Below are positions 41,323 to 47,522 of a DNA stretch of 47,522 bases, one piece after another. The stretch lies in the IMG/VR virus record IMGVR_UViG_3300020045_007912, positions 1-47,522 of that record. One strand, 5' to 3'. Numbering within the stretch: the stretch's first letter is position 1; every line of letters starts with the position of its first letter. The notes beneath the pieces were generated by a model. The model worked only from the letters and a program-made list of their open reading frames with translations, ran no database searches and was not told the DNA's origin. This DNA comes from a virus (lineage: Duplodnaviria; Caudoviricetes). Made by a program: the position numbers and the translations under genes.

Positions 41323-41401
41323 GGCAGTAAAGGTATATACTTTTATAATACAATCCAAATTTATTTTTTCTTTTATCGCATTTACTTATATTTACATCAA
41401 C
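41323..41401. promoter_or_regulatory. Divergent promoters (accessory operon 2 / tail fibre)
   Basis: Leftward TACCTTTA (41335-41328); rightward TATATTTA (41387-41394). Confidence 0.6.
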
Positions 41402-44212
41402 ATGATAGACGAAGAAAACGAAGATGCAGCATTCGGGCCGACCAGACCTGTTGGTTACGAAGCTAAGGTAATAACCTTTGTAAAGAAAGTTGACGGCGAT
41501 GGTAACGTGCTGATCGTTCCTTACGTTGATGGCGAGTACGTAAGCATTGTGTTGACCGAGGCTTTGTTTTTGGAGTTTTTAGCAGATGGGTTTATTAAAA
41601 ACCAATTTGATGTAGCGCAAGATGCAAACGGATGGATAAGCGGAAATTTTAGAGCATCACAATTTTTAGCACCTAATGGTTATCTTGCTGGCATACCTGG
41701 CGAAGATGAAAATTTTGCTCCTTTGAGCAAAGAGAGTTTAGTATTTTTTAGGGAAAATGGCTCTCAAAGCATCTCTTTTCAAGGAACTCCTACTGATTTC
41801 CTTATTGGCAGCTCACTTGGGGCTATTAAATTTACATCACAAACACAAGCCACACAAGCCCCCGTTTCCGATAACGACGTTGTACGGCTAATAGACCTCT
41901 CCGCCGCTTCCGATACCAGAGCCGCCGACCCCATCAACATCTACAACAACTCTAACTATGCAGATCTGACAGACTTTACGGTAGTTGGGTTTACCCCTAC
42001 TTTAAGCACAGATGGGAGTATTACTTTACCTGGCGGGTCCTCTGATTTGAGCCAATACATGACGCTTAACGGGCTAACTAATGCCGATGAGAACTTAGAT
42101 ATTACTGTTAAGTTTGTCATACTAAGCAAATCGGGTAAATCATTAAGCGTTGGTAGGAAATCTATTAATCCCTTTGCTGATCAAACTATTTCAGGTAGTT
42201 ATAACTTCACGACCAACGTTGTAAATTTTGACCAATTCAGCATACCGATAGCAAGTCAGTTTGTACCTGCTGTGAACGACATATGTACATTGACGTACTC
42301 GTTTAGGCCAGATAGAATGACCGTAACTTTTACGGATATCACTCAAAACTATTCGGTTTCAACAAGTGCTTTCGGCAATCAGAATACGGGGGATCCCGTT
42401 ATCTATAACGGAGGTTCATCTGTAAGTATCAAGAATATTGATATAAAGAGTTACAGTAACCCCACACCCGACATTTTAGCGATCGGTGATAGTAAAACGC
42501 TATTGCCAACGCCAGTTTATAACGGCAACAGGTACTCTACATATCTTAAACAGTTCGGTATTGTAAATGTATTTGCTGGCAATAGCGATGACACGCGCGA
42601 AGTTTTGGCACAATTGCCTTACCTATTAGGGTTCTTTAAGCCTAAGCAATGGTTATTGAATATTGGCCGTAACAATATCGCTAACGGGAATTATCCATAC
42701 ATCGATGATTATACGAGCATCACTTCACAATTAGAAGCGGTTGCGCCAGTGGTTCACTTGCTACCAATACCCGAAAACACACCTGCCGCTGGTACGGTTG
42801 ACCAAACTGCGCTTTACACATGGATAGATGGTTTTGCAACAAGGAAGGTCGCAACAACTTCTTTCAATCCTGTTACGATGACGTTTGATAATGTTCATCC
42901 TAACGATATTGGGGCAAAGGTATTGGCTGGTTTAATTGCTAATAGCGGATATTTTGATCTGTCAGACCGTGCGCAAAGCGATAATGTCGTATCTAACTTT
43001 AGTAACTACGCTAGAAAAGATGCGGCGAATGTTTTTGAACTAATTCAAACGCTTGCTGGTATAAGATTACCAGGCACAACCGCTCAATATATACGTGGGG
43101 ATGGAACGGCTGCTACGTTCCCAACAACAACAAGTGCTTTTACCAATAATTCAAACTTCTCGGTAACCACAGCCCCAGAAACATTTCAAGGGGCTAAGAC
43201 GCTAACTAACACGCTAACGATAAACGGGAATATAAGCACAGCTCAACTTATACAGAACTCCACCACGGGTAATTTGGTGTATGGGTTAAGGTCTTTGCCG
43301 ACTATTACGCCAAATGCAAATAACGCAATTGTTTTCGGTGCGCAATTCGGGCCGAACGTAACTACAGGAACGGGGGCATTAACAGCTACCATAACTACGC
43401 AGCCAACATCGCCGCCAGCGGATGGAACGTACGATAACTTAGCTTCAACCACTTTAAGCGGTGGCGGATCTGGTCAAACATGGCGGGTTGTTATAGCGGG
43501 GGGTATTGTTACATCTATTACTCCGGCTACGGCAGCAACGGGCGGTAGTGGCTACACGGTAGGGTCTACGTTTAGTGTGGCTACCATAACAGGCGGGGTG
43601 TTTACGGTTGCCACGTTGGGTTATACAGGAGTAAGGATGATACCTTTGCGTATCTCTAACGGGCCGATTGAGTTCCAAGGTACAGGTACGCCTAATAATA
43701 CGCAAAACGGTGACGTTTGGCATGCCAATGATAACACGGGTCATAAGTTTAGATCAAATGGTGTAACTTATTCTATAGGGTCTACAACTATACTTGGTGC
43801 GACAACGGCAACGACGGGTGCGTTTAGTGGGGTATTAACAGCACCGACAGCGGCAGCGGGGACTAACACTACGCAGGTGGCGACTACGGCGTTTGTACAA
43901 GCTGCGTCACTATCAGCAACGCTAGAAAAATCGGCAAACTACACCGTATTGCTTACTGATTTTAATGCAGGAATACTCCATCTTTATGTAGATGCATCTG
44001 CTGGTGTCGTAACCATAACACTACCATCCGCTGCAACAATGGGTGCATCAAACAGAACATATCAACTTTATGTTTACAAAAAAGACAGTTCTGGTAACGG
44101 CGTTGTTCTTACTGGATCTGCAAATATAAATGGGGCTGCAACATACACAGTAACCCCGCAATATGAAAGCATACTAATAACATCTAACGCCACTCAATAT
44201 TACGCTCGATGA
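41402..44212 (+). CDS. Tail fibre/tailspike with SGNH(GDSL) hydrolase domain, allele B tip
   Basis: ILAIGDSKT, NIGRNN, FDNVHPN catalytic blocks; fibre repeat APTAAAGTNTTQVATTAFV. Confidence 0.9.
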   Translation: MIDEENEDAAFGPTRPVGYEAKVITFVKKVDGDGNVLIVPYVDGEYVSIVLTEALFLEFLADGFIKNQFDVAQDANGWISGNFRASQFLAPNGYLAGIPGEDENFAPLSKESLVFFRENGSQSISFQGTPTDFLIGSSLGAIKFTSQTQATQAPVSDNDVVRLIDLSAASDTRAADPINIYNNSNYADLTDFTVVGFTPTLSTDGSITLPGGSSDLSQYMTLNGLTNADENLDITVKFVILSKSGKSLSVGRKSINPFADQTISGSYNFTTNVVNFDQFSIPIASQFVPAVNDICTLTYSFRPDRMTVTFTDITQNYSVSTSAFGNQNTGDPVIYNGGSSVSIKNIDIKSYSNPTPDILAIGDSKTLLPTPVYNGNRYSTYLKQFGIVNVFAGNSDDTREVLAQLPYLLGFFKPKQWLLNIGRNNIANGNYPYIDDYTSITSQLEAVAPVVHLLPIPENTPAAGTVDQTALYTWIDGFATRKVATTSFNPVTMTFDNVHPNDIGAKVLAGLIANSGYFDLSDRAQSDNVVSNFSNYARKDAANVFELIQTLAGIRLPGTTAQYIRGDGTAATFPTTTSAFTNNSNFSVTTAPETFQGAKTLTNTLTINGNISTAQLIQNSTTGNLVYGLRSLPTITPNANNAIVFGAQFGPNVTTGTGALTATITTQPTSPPADGTYDNLASTTLSGGGSGQTWRVVIAGGIVTSITPATAATGGSGYTVGSTFSVATITGGVFTVATLGYTGVRMIPLRISNGPIEFQGTGTPNNTQNGDVWHANDNTGHKFRSNGVTYSIGSTTILGATTATTGAFSGVLTAPTAAAGTNTTQVATTAFVQAASLSATLEKSANYTVLLTDFNAGILHLYVDASAGVVTITLPSAATMGASNRTYQLYVYKKDSSGNGVVLTGSANINGAATYTVTPQYESILITSNATQYYAR

Positions 44213-44742
44213 ATTATTCAATAAGAGAACCATCGCTAAGGGTCAATATATCGTCCTCTTTTGGCATAACCACATCGTGGCAAACAGTCGTGTTCAATGG
44301 TACGTCTGCTTTGAATTTTAACTACTACCCAAAAGATCCTACTACTGGAAATCAAATGATACACTGGGACGGTGTTAATAATAAATTCAGGGTGTATGGC
44401 GATTATAACAGGCAAATAACTTTGCAGTTGTTTGCAAAGACAACAACAACAATAATCGCAACATCATCTAATTTACAAATGAGGATAGTTATCCCAAATG
44501 GTGTTAGCCCTGGTGTTGATTTTTACTTCCCTTTCCCAGAGGATGGGGGATTGGCTGACATAGCGGATATTACTAAGCTAACAGAACCGCTTAGTTTTAC
44601 GATAACACCTTTGAGTATATATTCAAATTCGGCTATTATTGCCAATGGTTTTTATATACAGCTTAGGCTATCAACACCACTATTAGGGCTAGGCACTTGT
44701 ACATTAAATGCCGCGAACGTTGTAATACAAAGTAATTTTTAA
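44209..44742 (+). CDS. Tail-fibre partner protein, allele B
   Basis: Beta-rich; ATGA-coupled to the fibre; shares only the PLLG / ACCACTATTAGGG patch with the allele A counterpart. Confidence 0.65.
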   Translation: MNYSIREPSLRVNISSSFGITTSWQTVVFNGTSALNFNYYPKDPTTGNQMIHWDGVNNKFRVYGDYNRQITLQLFAKTTTTIIATSSNLQMRIVIPNGVSPGVDFYFPFPEDGGLADIADITKLTEPLSFTITPLSIYSNSAIIANGFYIQLRLSTPLLGLGTCTLNAANVVIQSNF

Positions 44743-44754
44743 CACACTATAACT

Positions 44755-44898
44755 ATGGAAAACGAAAAGACATGCGGGGGACAACCACTACCAACACAGC
44801 CGCCTCCAGGACACTTTAATGGCCATTGGGAATGCAAGGATGGGATACCTCAATGGTTTGATGATATAGATCTTACCGATGAAGAAAACGGCGATTAA
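44755..44898 (+). CDS. 47-aa Pro/Trp-rich peptide with 2 Cys (not in ORF track)
   Basis: MENEKTCGGQPLPTQPPPGHFNGHWECKDGIPQWFDDIDLTDEENGD; same start context as 1213; overlaps the next gene. Confidence 0.78.
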   Translation: MENEKTCGGQPLPTQPPPGHFNGHWECKDGIPQWFDDIDLTDEENGD

Positions 44899-45244
44899 CA
44901 TAACGCTTATACTTATATTCGTTTTGGCTTTTGATATTTACCTGTACTTGCTATGTACTTTTGAAATTGAACAAAGCACACGGCGGATATTTTGTTATTC
45001 AGCTTACTCGCTAATGGTGGGAAATATAATGGTCGCATCAGGGTCAACTTTCATTAGGCCAGTTGACCGGGCGATGATTTTTTCATCCTCATTTATTCTT
45101 ATATACACTTTCATAACTGTAGCATTTAATTATATTAAGCCGTTCGCAAATCCATACTTAAACCTTATGGCTTTTGACAGCGGAATTTTTATAGCTATTA
45201 TTGCATTAATTATTTATCAAAAAACAGCCTATGTCCGCCAATGA
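44879..45244 (+). CDS. ~4-TM membrane protein, allele B
   Basis: Four hydrophobic segments. Confidence 0.8.
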   Translation: MKKTAINITLILIFVLAFDIYLYLLCTFEIEQSTRRIFCYSAYSLMVGNIMVASGSTFIRPVDRAMIFSSSFILIYTFITVAFNYIKPFANPYLNLMAFDSGIFIAIIALIIYQKTAYVRQ

Positions 45245-45453
45245 ATACTACATCTATCTACATCCTAAATTTTATTGGCGGGATATTTGCGATACTAAAC
45301 ATATTCAAATACTTTAAAAAGGCAGACATTGAGGTTATACAGGAATATGAGCGTATCATCTTAGAAAAAGACAAGATAATTGCCGACCAGGCAAAGCTGA
45401 TATTAAGACAACAACAATATTATGACGACAGGCGGAACAATAAGCTGGAGTAA
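45241..45453 (+). CDS. N-terminal TM + coiled-coil protein
   Basis: Hydrophobic N-terminus, helical charged C-terminus. Confidence 0.7.
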   Translation: MNTTSIYILNFIGGIFAILNIFKYFKKADIEVIQEYERIILEKDKIIADQAKLILRQQQYYDDRRNNKLE

Positions 45454-45700
45454 AGTTTGGACGTTTATAGGCGTTTTGGGCATCCCATTAGCGGGGCTAT
45501 CATGTTGGTTGATAATTTTTGGCACTAAGCTGACGGTGTCTATTGATGAGATAAGATCTAAACAGGATACTCAGGCTATCCGGCTAAATAGTATCGATAC
45601 AAAAATCAGCGAACTATCTATAAGGGTTGACACAATTGGCCAAAGGCAGCGAGACTACCAATTGGAGCGGTATTATAAAGAGAAATTCGCAAATAAATGA
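45422..45700 (+). CDS. N-terminal TM + coiled-coil protein (lysis accessory?)
   Basis: TM followed by heptad pattern IDEIRSK..LNSIDTKISELSIRV. Confidence 0.7.
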   Translation: MTTGGTISWSKVWTFIGVLGIPLAGLSCWLIIFGTKLTVSIDEIRSKQDTQAIRLNSIDTKISELSIRVDTIGQRQRDYQLERYYKEKFANK

Positions 45701-45852
45701 ACCCCTCCAAATACTCCCCGCTCATCCTCGGTTATATCGCCGCTATTCTAATATTCTATTGGCTACATAAAGGAGAATGGCGTTTGCGGGATTTTGCTTA
45801 CTTGATGCTGACTTTAGGGATATGGACATTGATTGTTTATAACGCACCGTAA
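45697..45852 (+). CDS. 51-aa 2-TM protein (not in track)
   Basis: MNPSKYSPLILGYIAAILIFYWLHKGEWRLRDFAYLMLTLGIWTLIVYNAP; ATGA-coupled. Confidence 0.65.
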   Translation: MNPSKYSPLILGYIAAILIFYWLHKGEWRLRDFAYLMLTLGIWTLIVYNAP

Positions 45853-45929
45853 ATTATTTGCATAAGTGAGGATTGGGTTGTATGTTTGTGAGGTCGGCAT
45901 GGTGTCGGCGAATTAAAAATTGCAAATTT

Positions 45930-46340
45930 ATGAATTGGTTACAACGATTATTCTCAAAGAAAGAGGATAAAAAAGCAACAGCAAAAACAAACACGGTTTA
46001 TTCAAAACCTATTAGCTACGGTGTTAAACAATCACCTCCAAAACCCTCGCCAAGAGCATCCCAAATAGCAAAAGATAGTGATTGGAGAAAAAAGAACGAA
46101 GATGACAATTCATCATTCTTAGGGAACATGTCTATACTATCATCTATGGCTGACATTACTACTGTAGAACAATTACCTTCACATCACAGCCCATCACACG
46201 ATTTTAGCGGGTTCGGTGGCGGTGATTTTGGCGGCGGCGGCTCGTCTGCATCATACGATAGCAGTCCATCAAGTTATGATAGTGGAAGTTCGTACGATAG
46301 CGGTTCATCTGACAGCGGCAGTTCATATTCTTCGGATTAG
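45930..46340 (+). CDS. Moron cargo B: Ser/Gly-rich low-complexity protein
   Basis: MNWLQRLF amphipathic start; FSGFGGGDFGGGG and SYDSG repeats; occupies the MTase slot. Confidence 0.8.
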   Translation: MNWLQRLFSKKEDKKATAKTNTVYSKPISYGVKQSPPKPSPRASQIAKDSDWRKKNEDDNSSFLGNMSILSSMADITTVEQLPSHHSPSHDFSGFGGGDFGGGGSSASYDSSPSSYDSGSSYDSGSSDSGSSYSSD

Positions 46341-46414
46341 TAGGTTTTGCAATTCCTGCTAAGCCTTAGAGCCTCACCCCAACGGTGGGGCTTCTTTTGT
46401 TAAAAGGAATTGCG

Positions 46415-46502
46415 TATGTTTGTGATGCAATCCGACCCCTTGTTGGATTTTGGGACTGCGTGTCGCAATCCGGATTAGCCTCGTTGCAAGCGGGGCTTTT
46501 TT
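46415..46502 (+). ncRNA. Putative ~80-nt small RNA with own promoter and terminator (allele B only)
   Basis: TATGTTTG 46415-46422, two hairpins, terminator GCCTCGT-tgcaa-GCGGGGC-TTTTTT; no credible ORF. Confidence 0.6.
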
Positions 46503-46533
46503 GTTATTTGACTTTTATCTATTACCTTTGGGT

Positions 46534-47013
46534 ATGATCACTCAATCACAACTACGAGAGCAATACGGAGAGCCTAACAAACAGGGTAATGGCTATTTAA
46601 AGGCAATTAAACTGCCGTACCCGATGTATCTCAATTGGGAAAGCAAAACATACATCAATTATATTCAATGCCACCACAAGGTTGCCAATAGCCTCGTGGC
46701 TATCTTTACTGATATACTTGAACATTACGGGATTGATGAAGTAAAGCGACTGCAATTAGATGATTATGGTGGATGCTTTAACTACCGGCTCATGCGAGGT
46801 AGTAGCCGAACCTTATCGGTACATTCATGGGGGTGTGCTATTGATTTAGACCCAGACCGGAACTTACTACACGAAACAAGTAAAACAGCCAGGTTCGCAC
46901 GGCCTGAATATAAGGCCATGATAGATATTTTTTATAAGCATGGATGGGAGAGCCTCGGACGTGAAAAGAATTATGACTGGATGCACTTTCAGGTTAGCGC
47001 AAACCTAAACTAA
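46534..47013 (+). CDS. Endolysin, M15 peptidase (allele B)
   Basis: Near-identical protein to 3516-4001 with many third-position differences. Confidence 0.92.
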   Translation: MITQSQLREQYGEPNKQGNGYLKAIKLPYPMYLNWESKTYINYIQCHHKVANSLVAIFTDILEHYGIDEVKRLQLDDYGGCFNYRLMRGSSRTLSVHSWGCAIDLDPDRNLLHETSKTARFARPEYKAMIDIFYKHGWESLGREKNYDWMHFQVSANLN

Positions 47014-47023
47014 AAGTAAAGTT

Positions 47024-47314
47024 ATGAAAGCATTTTTCGACTACATCAAAGCGTTTGCCTTTAAGAACTTCTTTGCGTTCTGTCTGACTGGCGGATTGCT
47101 TTACATTCTATTGGTATCACCTCAATTGCGCGATCTGACCATTGTGTTACTGACGCTGGTTGTTAAACATTATTTTGACAGCAACACAGGCTCTATGGCG
47201 AAGGATATTACTATCAGTAAGGCTTTAGACCAGGCGCAACAATTACCCGCTGTGGGGGCTTCAAATCAGCCCGTGGTGGGCAATGCCGATACTGTTAATG
47301 TGGGTAAACAATAA
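47024..47314 (+). CDS. Holin-like protein (allele B)
   Basis: 3 aa differences from 4006-4296. Confidence 0.7.
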   Translation: MKAFFDYIKAFAFKNFFAFCLTGGLLYILLVSPQLRDLTIVLLTLVVKHYFDSNTGSMAKDITISKALDQAQQLPAVGASNQPVVGNADTVNVGKQ

Positions 47315-47334
47315 AGCCCCTGTTACGGGGCTTG

Positions 47335-47522
47335 GGGGGGGGGGGGGGGGTAAAAGTTTTTTTTAATAAAACCCCTACCTCTTTGTTTTTTTGCTTTCTT
47401 TTTAATCCTTTTTGTTTTGTACCCTCTTTTTCTTTAGAACAAAATTTTTAAATTGGTTGTTTTCTCCCCTTTTTTTTGTTACCCACTTTTCGGAAAATAA
47501 GTTTTGTTTTTTTGTGTTTTTA
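47335..47522. other. Probable sequencing artefact (poly-G then dephased read)
   Basis: Homopolymer-smeared echo of 4321-4500, e.g. CGGAAAATAA versus CGGTAAAATAA. Confidence 0.85.

Larger units (their letters stand above)
43470..47337. repeat. Allele B of tail-tip/lysis locus
   Basis: Mosaic repeat of 1-4320. Offset is 43469 at the start and 43018 at the holin stop. Confidence 0.97.

Noticed and set aside
43470-47337. Invertase shufflon or ordinary terminal repeat
   Set aside because: Copies are direct, not inverted. No serine or tyrosine recombinase recognised. Copies are too divergent for packaging-generated terminal redundancy.
47335-47522. Poly-G / T-rich tract as a biological repeat or telomere
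   Set aside because: Reads as a dephased copy of 4321-4500 after a G-run, typical of a failing read end.

Overview
Essentially complete genome of a tailed dsDNA phage (siphovirus-like; HK97-type head, tape-measure tail), about 43.5 kb per unit. The host is inferred to be Bacteroidota from the TAnnTTTG-type promoters, BT4734/VirE-N + VapE replication genes and DUF3127. No integrase, repressor, DNA polymerase, tRNA or CRISPR array was recognised. The window overshoots one genome length. Positions 1-4320 and 43470-47337 are two divergent alleles (A and B) of the same tail-fibre-tip/lysis locus. They share the fibre shaft, short linkers, endolysin and holin, but differ completely in between. This most likely reflects two co-assembled haplotypes, and the last ~185 bp look like sequencing noise. 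Comparing the alleles shows a slot-by-slot conserved architecture: fibre tip, partner protein, an unannotated small Cys-containing peptide translationally coupled to a 4-TM membrane protein, membrane/coiled-coil lysis-like genes, a promoter-terminator moron slot whose cargo is bracketed by cargo-specific inverted repeats, then endolysin and holin. The peptide/4-TM pair is the best candidate for an undescribed system. Other notable items are two kissing-loop attenuator-like leaders, an sRNA-only moron, an EF-Tu P-loop mini-protein and an HNH gene inserted at the DUF3127 start. All calls come from reading the sequence; no searches were run.
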